From assembly GCF_964204645.1 (NCBI RefSeq), contig NC_134031.1:10728088-10792087 (forward strand): a stretch of DNA of 64,000 nt. The letters are read 5' to 3'. The notes under the pieces were generated by a model. It was not told the origin of the DNA, did not search any database, and saw only the letters and a program-made list of their open reading frames with translations. The first letter of the stretch is position 1; each line of letters starts with the position of its first letter. A program made the position numbers and the translations under genes. This DNA comes from Tubulanus polymorphus (lineage: Eukaryota; Animalia; Nemertea). Positions 1 through 12,600 of the stretch are shown one piece after another.

Positions 1-1438
1 CTACTATTGGAAAGGTAATAGAAAAAGAAATTGCAAGGCTTTCTGATGAAATACTGGTCCCAAACCAATGTAAACTGCAGTTAGGTTTCACCGCAAAAAA
101 GTCTCCATCACGTGGAGCCCTCATCATTACAGAGGCTATTGCGGATGCAAATGATAGTAAACAGCCGCTGGACGTCATTTTCATGGATGTACAAAAGGCC
201 TTCGACACAGTTGACCACGATAGCATGTTAGTTGCCCTCTATAACAGTGGAATACAGGGCAAACTATGGCTTATGTACCAAGATATGTACAGTGATGTGA
301 GAACCAGAGTCAAATATGGGTCCATCTTTTCATGATCCATATCTGAGGCACAAGGAATACGGCAGGCTGGCATTACTAGCACGATATGCTTCAAGGCAAA
401 ATCAGACAACATGATACGTTCAATTGGCACACATCCTGACTCTTACAGATTTGGCACCGTTGATACGGGAGCCCCTACTGTAGCGGATGATACGGCGATA
501 CTGGCAAAACCAACACTTGGATCGAAGACCCTCATTGGAATTGTCGTGAATGATGCAAATAGACAGCGTTACAAGTTTAGTGAAACGAAGACAAAAGTAA
601 TGGTGATGAACCAAAAAAATGGTAACCCTGAGATAGGAGTGTATGTTAATAATACTGTAGTTTCACAAACAACCCAAGAAAAGCATCTCGGGTTTGAAAG
701 GACATGTGACAATAAAGCAGAAGCAACAATCGAGGAGAGGATAAAAAAAAGCACGTTGTACTTCGTATGCACTGATGGGTGCTGGTATGCATGGACTAAA
801 TGGAGTTGGACCGGAAGTAGCCTTGAAATTGCTGGAAGTATATGTAGTCCCTGTGCTAACATATGGACTGGAAGCCATCATTATAACAGAAAGAGAATAT
901 GAATTGTTGGAAGTGTACTATAAGAAGGCTCTACCCATATTCAGTATCTGCCTGATAGTACGGCTACTGTTGCTGTTTACCCGCTTGCTGGTGTGATACC
1001 AATTACTGCCCAAATTCACATCAAGATGCTGACATTTCTTGGCTCTGTAGCCCGTAACCCAGCGTCAATAGAGTATCAAATTATTATCAGACAGTATGCA
1101 GCCAAAACGTCTGCTGCGAAATCATGGACAAACCATGTAGCCATGCTCCTTGATAAATATGATCTTCCACCGATTTTGGAAGTCCTGACTGGAGAGTCCG
1201 CTAGATCAAGATGAGATGGAGAACGAGAGTGAAGCAAGTAATACAGAAAGCTTGGTATGATGGTATGAAGTGTAAAGCTGAAGGCATGTCCTCACTACAG
1301 TACCTGGACGCAAAAAACTGTGTGCCAGGGTCTGTTCATGCGGTGTGGAAGTGTGAATTCTCCTACGGATGTCCCGATGGCGACTATCAAGGCCCGGCTC
1401 CTGGTCCAGAGGTATCCTTTATCTGGCCTGAAATATGC
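1..1438 (+). mobile_element. Degenerate non-LTR retrotransposon (LINE) ORF2 reverse transcriptase region, RTE-X-like
   Basis: Translation across frameshifts and stops gives QLGFT, FMDVQKAFDTVDH, QGIRQAG, PTVADD (YADD equivalent), KHLG and MGAGMHGLNG...YVVPVLTYGLE. The clade call is from recalled motif style. Confidence 0.88.
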
Positions 1439-1639
1439 TATATATTTTAATATACCTACTCTATTTTATTACGGGGAACCCCCTATAGTTATCGGGTACC
1501 CCCTTTTAAGATCCCCCTTAGTTACTACTACCCCCAACTACAATGAGTGATATTACGAACAAACTCAGTGGTTGGTCTGATGGTGACATCATATAGGCCG
1601 GAACTACGAGAACAAGAACAAGAACAAGGCATAAAAATC

Positions 1640-2199
1640 TTGAATATTAAGTGAACAGAACTATTGATTGCAGTGTATTTAACCTCACTTATCAGATCTT
1701 TCGTTAACTTAATGACAGTGTGCTTTGGTTAAGAGTAAACATTTGTTATGAAATGGGGTTTTTACATAGTTTGATAGTCAAAAATGTATCTTATAATTAT
1801 GTGTAAAATACTATTTTCATGTGATAGACAGTATGAGTAGAGATTAGTTGTTTGTCATAGACAGTATTTATCTAGTAATTAACAGCTTTGGAATTAGATA
1901 ATTGTTGTTATCATAGTTTGGATAGTTCATCGTTAATTTGGCAGTGTGTCACAGTTTGGATCACGTCTTGACACTTCTCAGATCTCTACTCGTATTTACT
2001 AAAAATATCTAATAAACATTGAGTCAGGGTTGAGTTTTAGACGGTTTAGTTTTGAGACGGGAGTCTAAGACAGACGAGTTACAACTGATATTTTGGGCTG
2101 ACCCGTGTGTCATGAGCTCTGGATAGATATTATAACATAGGCCGACCAGCAGAGTCGAGAAAGGGATATAAAGAATAAATATTCACATCACATCACATC
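1640..2199 (+). mobile_element. Probable 3' UTR/tail of the same LINE
   Basis: Ends in AATAAA followed by a (CACAT)n tail at about 2174-2199; separated from the RT part by an unrelated insert at about 1440-1640. Confidence 0.4.
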
Positions 2200-2206
2200 G
2201 GAAGTA

Positions 2207-2807
2207 CCGTAAAAACCGGCGTATAAGTCTACGCGGCGTATAAGTCGAGGTCGATTTTTAGACCTACATTTCATGATTTTAACATATATCCGGCTTATAA
2301 GTCAAGTCTCTTCTTTTAGAAGAATAATTACTAGTATCATTGAATTGAATAGTTTGTTTTGATAACAATGTGTGCCTTCACGCACGCCACCGCGCCTCAG
2401 CCTGATTGCTGCTGTGTGTTAATCAATAGACTGTAACACACACTCAGGTATAATACACTACCATACAGTGATATAGTAGTGTGAGTCACACTCTATATAT
2501 AGCCTATATATAGCCTAATGTATTAAGCGCTGCTATGAGCGCGCATATATGAATACATCGTTTTAAATGAAGCTGTGTCAAAATGAAAGAAGTTTTTTTC
2601 TTTAAATAGCTTTATTTATCATGAATAATTATTCAAACTGTTATAGCAGTGAGAATATGAACACTGTCTTTTTTGTCTGGTAGAATCAATATTTCTTGTG
2701 ACCTGAAAATACTTTGTAGAAAACTGAACTCGGCGTATAAGTCGAGGTGAATAATTTAGTGGTAAAATCAAGGGTTAAAAACTCAACTTATACGCCGGTT
2801 TTTACGG
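2207..2807. mobile_element. Tc1/mariner(pogo)-type MITE
   Basis: TIR CCGTAAAAACCGGCGTATAAGT at 2207, its reverse complement ending 2807, TA on both sides, subterminal copies of CGGCGTATAAGTC. Confidence 0.9.
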
Positions 2808-3251
2808 TATAGTAGTTACGTTCTTCTCCTTATCTGGATTATTAAAGAAAACTTTCGACACAGGATCATTCGCAACTTTCGCACTGTATCAACGGTTCGA
2901 CCAGCATGAAAGTACAACCTTTCAGCTGATCGTGGAATCAACGAAAACACAGTTTACGTCTATTCATTCACATTCATGACAGATGCTGGCACGATACAAA
3001 TAGCTCTTGTTCCTCGAGAGTGAATAATGAAAAAAAACTTTAGAAGTAAAAATCAGGACCATGTGGACACGGCCCGATTGCACTTACTTGATATAAGCTG
3101 AGTAACCTTCGATAAGATTCAAGATGCGTGGGAATAAATCCTGAGCGACTTCCATTGATTTCCGCTGGTCACTCTCTCCCTATACACACATATTAAAATT
3201 TAAATTTTTAAAAGATGTGTCATCAGACTGAAGTGCAATGCATTTACTTAC

Positions 3252-3692
3252 CAGTGACTTGGTATAAAGATCATCTAAAAGAACGTGTACTTTAGCCAGG
3301 ACGCAGTCAAGTGTAAGAACTGAACCAAAACTCGGCAATTCTTGCTTAGACATTATTTGTTCCCTGCTCATTGACATTGCTGCCACCTGACTTATATGGA
3401 ACTGTAATACCATCTGGATATGAAAGCTGATATTTTCTACTGTTTCTACAGCACTTGCATGAATCTCAACAACCTGTTGTATTGTTTGGCCTTGTTTGAC
3501 CAACCAGTCTTTGATCCAACTTGAAAACACTTTGTGTGGCACTCGTTGTGCCCAACGAAGAGTATGCAAGATCAGTGTTTCATCGGTAGGAACAGTTCCA
3601 TCTGCTAGCATTTTCATAAAGCCAACAGATGGGGGTAAGCAATTCAATAGACGCCAACACACCAGGAAGTAATAGTGAACACTACATGTATC
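3252..3692 (-). CDS. UBR4: UBR4 exon (last in window): DTCSVHYYFLVCWRLLNCLPPS...LLDDLYTKSL
   Basis: tttcag acceptor, gtaagt donor, 441 nt, phase 0 to 0. Confidence 0.93.
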
Positions 3693-6600
3693 CTGAAATG
3701 AAAAATAAAGTAAAATATAGCTGCAAAGCAGCGATAACGGGTTTTCTGCACAGTCATAGAATCCTGTTCAACGGTGGATTTCGACGAGGCATTTGATAAG
3801 GCACAACATCAGCCATTACTAAACAGGCTATTAGGAAACAGTATTAATGATAGGTCGCCCAAATGGCTCAGCAGTTATCTCTGAACGAAAACTTGTAGCC
3901 GAAATCAACGGAACGCCTCATCTTGGAATAAGTCGGTCAAACTAGTGGAGTCACGCAAGGTAGTATCGTAAGTTGTCTTCTGTTTAATGTCCTCGCAAAC
4001 GACATACACAGTAATCCAACATATACCAGACCGAGTAAATTTCCAAATCGACCTTAACACGCTGTTCGACCAAAAAACTTAATGTTCCAACAAGAAAATC
4101 TTGTTCGAATAAAAATAATTCTGTTTGATCGAACAATACGCTTTTTGCTTGAACTAAAAATTTTCTTCATTCTGACAAAAAATGTGTTCGAATAAAAAGC
4201 TATGTTATTGTTGAAATGAAAAGTTTTAAGTCCCGGCAAAAAAATTTGGTCGAGCGAAAACAATTTTTTCGAACAAATGTTTGAATGAAAACAATTCTGT
4301 TCCATTGAACGAAATACTTCATACTTTCGGTTCGGAGAAAAAACTTTTTCAATATACTTGTTCGAACGAAAAACTTAACGTTCTGACAAGAAAATTCTGT
4401 TCAAATTAAAAAAGATTCTGTTCAATTGAACGATTGTTCGAACGAAAAACCTTTCGTTTGGACAAAAAAAAAGTTTGTTCAACTTTGTTCTTACGATTTT
4501 TTCAAATTGGTTCAATCGTATAGAATATTATTGGTTCGAACGAAATAAATTTTGTTCCGACGAAAGAATTTTCAAGCGAAAGGTCTTTTGAACGAAAAAA
4601 AAGATATTTCTGGTGCTCCGCAGTAACTTAAAGCCGGACGTAGGTCCTGTGACACGATGCGATCGTCGCGTTGCATCGCAAGTTTTTGTGCAAGTCGGTT
4701 GCAATACGATTGTGTGTGACTAGTTTCTGCCAGTCGCAAGAGCGCGTCGGTTGGTTGTGACAGTCGTGTCGCGTCGCAGAAAGTAGAACACGTACGACTC
4801 CATGTGACTGGCGTTGCTGGAAGATGAGTACGCCAGTGATATGACGACTGAGTTTCAATTCGTCAAAACGTCACGATATGTCAACATATTTATGTTGACT
4901 TGATGCGATATATCGACATAAATATGGCGACTTGTCGAGTTGAAACGCGACAACTCGAGGCCCTTTATCGCTTCCGTAGATCTTTCATTAAGTAGGATCA
5001 CTTGAATGATCGCTTTAATATCACTTTTAAAAAAAAGAATCTGCCAAAATGACCTTATTATTCGACACTATATCTACGGAAGCGATAAGGGGCCTCGAGA
5101 TGTCGCGTTCCAACTCGACAAGTCGCCATATTTATGTCGACATACCGCGATACATCGCGTCAAGTCGACATGAATATGTCGATATATCGTGACGTTTTGA
5201 CGACATATTTCGTTTTCTCAACCATTTTCCTCGTGACAAGTCGACATATTCATGATGACTTGAAACTCAGTCGTCATATTACTAGCGTCCTCATCTTACA
5301 TTTAGACATGTCTTCAAATGACGGCTTGTCCCGTGGAAAATGAGCAAAAAAGCGAAATTTGTTGTGAAAACGTCACGATATGTAGACATATTCATGTGGA
5401 CTTGACGCGATATATCGACATAAATATGGCGACTTGTCGAGTTTGAACGCGACAGCTCGAGGCCCTTTATCGCTTCCGTACTATATCAGATTAATCGACT
5501 TCAAAATAGGCGAAAGCATAAGTCTTTATTACGTTATTAATTGGCCTAATTATTCAAAAGCTAATAAAGTGGGCGACAAAACCAAAAAAATTAATTGTCG
5601 CGGGCGAAAAAACCAAAATAATCATTTGTCGCGGGCGATAAAACCAAAATAATCAATTGTCGCTGGCGACAAAACCAAAATATTGAATTGTCGCGGGCGA
5701 TAAAACCAAAATAATGAGTTGTCACTGGTGATAAAACCAAAATATTGAATTGTCGCAGGCGATAAAACCAAAATATTGAAGTGTCGCAGGCGATAAAACC
5801 GCGACAAAAAAAAAATTGTCGCAGGTGATAAAACCAAAATAATGAATTGTCGCGTGCGACAAAACCAAAATAATGAACTGTCGCGGGCGATAAAACCAAA
5901 ATAATGAATTGTCGCGGGCGATAAAACCAAAATAATGAATTGTCGCTGGCGATAAAACCAAAATATTGAATTGCCACAGGCGATAAAACCACGACAAAAA
6001 AAAAATTGTCGCGGGCGATAAAAGCAAAATGATGAATTGTCGCTTGCGACAACACCAAAATAATGAATTGTCGCGGGCGATAAAACCAAAATAATGAATT
6101 GTCGCGGGCGATAAAACCAAAATAATGAATTGTCGCGGGCGACAAAACCAAAATTATTGTTTTGTCGCGTTATTTTAGTTTTGTTGTTTTGTCATGATGT
6201 CGCCCTCATTTGCATATACGTGTTTTTTTTACGCATGGCCCTTATCAGCCACCATACTATAAAGCCTTAAGGTCGCGTAAAACTCGATAAACACTTCAAG
6301 CGACACAGCGAACGATCTCCTTTCCCCCACAGCGAACGCTTAACCTAGTAGAGGCTACTAGCCTATGTAGGCCTATGTATATGCATAGGCCTAAAATCCG
6401 GACAGATTGGTCGTAGGCCTATTGAATAACAACCTACCTAAATATCGTAAATTTTGTTTTGAAGTTCAATCCAATGAGTCCGTTAATAAACGCAACAATT
6501 ATACTGTGTTTGTTTGAGACAGTAAAGCTCAGTACCGGTAGGCCTTAAGCCGCGTCAAACTCGATAAACACTTCAATCAAGCGACACAGCGAACGATCCC

Positions 6601-9600
6601 TTTCCCCCACAGCGAACGCTTACTCCGAATGTCAAGTGTGAGTCCAGCATACGGAAAGGATTGTGTTATATACTTGTATTTAGTAAATACCTTGTGCATT
6701 TGGCAATGATCGGTATGTACTGTAGGAAATATAGAGTATTGATGGTATTGATATAGAGGTTGAAGCCCGCGGCCAAATAAAGTAATATATTCTTTTATTT
6801 TGATACCTCGTCGACATAACAGCTTTTCTCCGCTATATCTCTTCGGCATGTTTCGTTTAGGCCTACGACTCCCCGGTACACTTATTATTTATCTTAGTAA
6901 ATACACGGTTAATTTGATAAAGAAAAATAGGTATTGCTAAACAAACTGCATGACGCCCGCAGCCAAATCACTGGTAGTAATAAATTAATTTGTACTCGAT
7001 TTGATTCCCATCATGAGGTGAAACTCGCAGCTGATCCCCCGAACGACGATGTAGTGACACACGATTCGTCGATGTTTACGGCTCGACAGTGCTTTTAAAA
7101 TCTAAAGTATTAAATTTCCTGTATATCGGTAATACGATTTGATGAGGAAAATGGGCTATTGTTAAAATTAGTTTTTAAAAACCGCGACAGAATGGGCAAT
7201 CTTTGGGTAATAAATTTGTTTATTTATGCTTGAATTGATAATTGATGTGACAAGAAACGTGCGGTAGAATTCGGAAAGAGAACTCAGAAAAACATGTCGG
7301 CTCTTTGAATGGGGCTCAATTTTCGATGTTTACGGCCCGACAGTGCTTTTGTAACGATGATTCTTCGAAATACGCACGGGGTATTTGTAGATCGAAGTGA
7401 GCTGAATGATATCAGATGGATTGTATCGACAACAGCGTCAAGGTAACAAAGCCTTTGTTCTTTTAGTGAAAATAGTGTGGAAGAAAATAATGAAGCTGCA
7501 AAGCAGCGATAACGGGTTTTCTGCACAGTCTTAGAATCCTGTTCAACGGTGGATTTCAACAAAGCATTTGATAAGGCTCAACATCAGCCATTACTGAGCA
7601 GGCTATTAGGAAACAGTATCAATGATAGGTCGCCCAAATGGCACAGCAGTTATCTCTGAACGGAAACTTGTAACCGAAATCAACGGAACGCCTCATCTTG
7701 GAATGAGACTGTCTAACTAGTGGAGTCACGCAAGGTAGTATCCTAAGTCGTCTTCTGTTTAATGTCCTGACAAATGACATACACAGTAATCCAAAATATA
7801 CCAGACCGAGTAAATTTCCAAAACAACCTTAACACACTGTTCGACCAAAAACTTAATGTTTCGACAAAACCACGGGTGACAAAACCAAAATTATGAATTG
7901 TCACGGGTGACAAAACCAAAATATTGAATTGTCACAGGCGACAAAACAAAAATAATGAATTGTCGGGGCGATAAAACCAAAATAATGAATTGTCGCGGGC
8001 GATAAAACCACAATAATGAATTGTCGCGGGCGTTAAAACCAAAATATTGAATTGTTGCGGGCGATAAAACCAAAATAATGAAGTGTCGCGGACGACAACA
8101 CAAACTATTGAATTGTTGCGTGCGACAAAACCAAAATAATGAATTGTCTCGGGCGACAAAACCAAACTAGGGGGTCCAGGGACACCATGCTCACTTGGGC
8201 AGTGGTTTAAAATGCTCAACAATCTAACAATTTCAATACATAACGCCCTCTAGTGACCATATACAAAAACCAATGACTTTGAAACCCACCACAATCATAG
8301 AACATGTGAGCAGCTAAGATTTTGTAATTGATTGTGATAACAAAATATGCCCCGTTACCAATTTAATATGGAAATACTAAGTTATTCTACTATTCAACGC
8401 CCCCTGGTGACCATATGCAAAACCCAATGACCTTAAAACTCACCACAATCGTAGTACATGTCATGAAATAGAACTTTGCAATTGATCATAGTAACAAAAT
8501 ATGCCTAGGTACCAATCTAATAAGGAAATACTAAGCCATTCTACTATTCAGCGCCCCCTGGTGACTATATGGAATAACTAATGTCCTCAAAAACTCACCA
8601 CAATCATAGACGACGTCATGAACTACAACTTTGCAATGGATCATGGTAACAAACTATGCCTAGGTACCAATCTAATAAGGAAAAACTAAGCTTTTCTACT
8701 ATTCAACGCCCCCTGGTGACTATATGGAATAACTAATGTCCTTAAAAACTCACCACAATCATAGACGATGTCATGAACTACAACTTTGCAATTGATCATG
8801 GTAACAAAATATGCCTTGGTACAAATATAATATAGCGATACTAAGTTATTGTATTATTCAACGCCCCCTGATGGCCACATACAATAACCAATGACCTTGA
8901 AACTCACCAAAATCATAGAACACGTTATGGGCTACAACTTTCCAATTGAATATAGTAACACAATATGCTTAGGTATCAATTAATTGTGGAAAAACTTTTT
9001 CCCACCTACGAATGAGTACTGATGACACCAAGATGGCCGCCAATTGCGTCATAATTGGCTGATCAAAAATACCTGTCCCAGGTATAAAACATCCCTCTCT
9101 AAAGAATATCCATCAGCAATTGCAATGAGAAATGGCAAACCAGTAGGAAGCTACAGGACCTAGAATTCTGGCCAAAATTGACATTTTTGGGCACTAAAAA
9201 GGTCATAGGACGGCCATCTTGAGTCAGATTGACCCAATTTTCTTATGCTGATGGGCCTTTGGTAGATTCAAATATAAACGAAAGATCAAGGTAATTGATC
9301 AAAGCGTCTTCAAAATTTTCTTCAGGTGACAAATCCAAAATAATGAATTGTCCCGGGCGATAAAACCAAAATAATGAATTTTCACGTGCGACAAAACCAA
9401 AATAATGAATTGTCGCGGGCAATAAAACCAAAATAATGAATTATCGCGGGCGATAAAACCAAAATATTGAATTGTCGCGGGCGACAAAATCAGAAAAAAA
9501 AATTGTCGCGGGCGACAAAAACAAAACATAAAACCAAAATGATTAATTGTCGCGGGCGTCAAAACCAAAATAATGAATAGTCGCTGGAGATAAAACCAAA

Positions 9601-12600
9601 GTAATGAATTGTCGTGGGCGATAAAACCAAAATATTGAATTGTCGCGGGCGACAAAACCAAACTAATGAATTGTCGCGGGCGACAAACCCAAAAAAAGAA
9701 TTGTGGGGGCGACAAAACCAAAATAATGAATTGTCGCGGGCGACAAAACCAAAATGGTGAATTGTCCAGGCGACAAAACCAAAATGGTGAATTGTCGCGG
9801 GCGACAAAACCAAAATAATGAATCGTCACGGGCGATAAAACCAAAATGATGAATTGTCTCGGGCGACAAAACCAAAATAATGAATTGTCGTGGGCGATAA
9901 AACCAAAATAATGAATTATCGCGGGCGATAAAACCAAAAAGAAGAATTGTCGCGGGCGACAAAACCAAAAAGAAGAATTGTCGCGGGCGACAAAACCTAA
10001 AAGAAGAATTGTCGCGGGCGACAAAACCAAAAAGAAGAATTGTCGCTGGCGACAAAACCAAAATAATGAATTGTCGCTGGAGATAAAACCAAAGTAATGA
10101 ATTGTCGCAGGTGACAAAACCAAAATATTGAATTGTCGCGGGCGACAAAACCAAAATATTGAATTGTCGCGGGCGACAAAACCTGACTAATGAATTGTCG
10201 CGGGCGACAAAACCAAAAAAAGAATTGTCGGAGCGACAAAACCAAAATAATGAATTGTGGCGGGCAATAAAACCAAAATAATGAATTGTCGCGGGCGATA
10301 AAACCAAAATAATGAATTGTCGCGGGTGAATTCTCGCGGGCAACAAAACCAAAATAATGAATTGTCGCGGGCGACAAAACCAAAATGGTGAATTGTCGCG
10401 GGCGACAAAACCAAAATGGTGAATTGTCGCGGGCGACAAAACGAAAATGGTGAATTGTCCAGGCGACAAAACCAAAATGGTGAATTGTCGCGGGCGACAA
10501 AACCAAAATAATGAATTGTCGCGGGCGATAAAACCAAAATGATGAATTGTCGCGGGCGATAAAACCAAAATAATGAATTGTCGCCGCCGACAAAACCAAA
10601 ATATTGAATTGTCGCGGGCGACAAAACCAAAAAGAAGAATTGTCGCGGGCGAAAAAACCAAAATAATGAATTGTCGCGGGCGATAAAACCAAAATGATGA
10701 ATTGTCGCGGGCGATAAAACCAAAATAATGAATTGTCGCCGCCGACAAAACCAAAATATTGAATTGTCGCGGGCGACAAAACCAAAATAATGAATTGTCG
10801 CTGGAGATAAAACCAAAGTAATGAATTGTCGTTGATATTATATGGATTGTATATGAAACAGCGGTAAGGTAACAAAGCCTATGTTCTTTTGGTAAAAATA
10901 GTGTGGAAGAAAATAATAATAATAATAATCACGCGGATATCAATAGGGTTTTCTGTGAAATAACAGAAAACCCTAATTAGAACCCGCACATGACTCCACA
11001 TTCTGTAGCTGTTATATAACTTCAAGCGGATTGTTAAGGGATTTAATGATTTTGTAGACATGGGTATCATCTGCAAAACCATGTCGACCAACATGATACG
11101 ATTGGATGAGATCTCCTACCGGCAATATGTATACTAAAACTAATTGAGTAGGTACGCCTCTGATACGCCTTTTAAGCTATGTCTATAATAGACCAGTTCC
11201 TCAGCTAACAGTCGGGTAACGCTGTCTATACCAATTGAAAACACCAGGGCATTGTAGCTAGACGTATCGGCCCCACTCCGCGCGGTTGCGCCACCGCGCG
11301 GGATTTACGCGAAGCAGCAGAACACAAACATGGCCACTCTCTCAATTTTCAATGATAGAAATCGTGTGTGCATTTCAATTATTTCGGCTGTTAGGGTTTT
11401 AAGGCACAATATAAGTTGATGATGTGATATGGCGATGTTAATTAATAATAATTCCGCAGTGAAGCTAGTCACGAACGGTGCCGATTGAGTGTACAGCTGC
11501 CAAAAACACTGAAATGTGCGTAGTTGCGTAACTATTTGCAGTGAATTGCAGACGAAACATGAAGCCTTAACGGCCATTTATAAAAAAAATTATACCAATC
11601 GCAATTGTAAAATAAAAATGAGATAGAACCTATGTTAAAATTCTGACCATTTCTAAAATGTTATTACTAATTTTTAGTCAGTGCGGAACGTTTAATTTTC
11701 CAACAATAATGAGGGGTGGTAGGTAGTCATGCAATTCAAGTCATCATTTATTACACGTTTTTTCCGTGTTGTTGAAAATCTCGCGAGTCCTGGACCAAAC
11801 CCCAATGAACAATGTGATCTTTGTGCTGGCCACAAATGCACACAGATCACACTACACTACCCATTACACACTCCAGTACCCACAGCTTTCATATATCCAT
11901 CCAAATATTTAGTGTCTTTCTTCCTGGGGAGATATTATTTGTTTTATAGGGATGAACCTCATACTATGTCTAACCAAGTTTTAGATATATTTCTCGAGAA
12001 ATAAACCCTCTATTGCACTAACAGAATGCACCTCGGACCCTTCCTACCCGTTTACCAAGTTTGTAAAAGAAAAAATAATAAGAAAGGCTCCATTGCACTA
12101 GAGTCATATTTCAATGCGGCCCCCTGGAGGCCACAATTTAAACCAAAGAACCCTGAAGTTGGAATGTACAAGAGACTATTTCCTATCTGTGTATCAAGTT
12201 TGAAACAAGAAACGAAATTCTTAATATGGACATTCCTAAATTTACATGGGTGTATGTTTAATCCAGCATCAAAATTAAACATTGATACTCTAGAGTTTGA
12301 GCAGATGAAATGAAAAAGAATGAGAACTCTATTGGATTGATTTCAAATGACGGGACATCTTTCAAGTGAAGGACATCTTGGATAACCAACATGAGTCAAA
12401 AACAATAGGGTTCATCCTCCTCTCACAAAAGAAAAACACTGAAGAGGGAACAATATATGGGTATTTTGAACTAACAAGATGGCGAGAAGACTATGTACAT
12501 GTAGTTGGACTCAGGTTAATTTTTCTAAGTCAGAGAATGTAGGGTGCTAGTGAATATTCATTTAGTTAGAAAACTATTGTTTACCAGAAAAACATAAAAA

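Larger units (their letters stand above)
3716..10979 (-). mobile_element. Two head-to-tail Helentron/HINE-like composite units (about 3716-7492 and 7493-10979)
   Basis: Both units begin with the hairpin GCTGC-AAA-GCAGC plus GGGTTTTCTG and share about 350 bp. Both end in ..GTAACAAAGCCT.TGTTCTTT..GTGTGGAAGAAAATAAT. The terminal unit ends with (ATA)n and the inverted repeat GGGTTTTCTG..CAGAAAACCC. Confidence 0.65.

Noticed and set aside
2820-3180. GC-richer coding-looking stretch next to the last exon
   Set aside because: No convincing motif or open frame found by eye; left unassigned
5591-10875. Long overlapping minus-strand ORFs (up to 363 aa, VLSPATIHYFGFIARDNSLFWF repeats)
   Set aside because: They are translations of a stop-free 31-bp minisatellite in all three frames, with no splice signals or unique coding sequence
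11729-12004. ORF MQFKSSFITR... repeated at 54216-54443 as a duplicated small gene
   Set aside because: It lies in an interspersed repeat; the two ORFs diverge at the repeat boundary and show no recognisable domain
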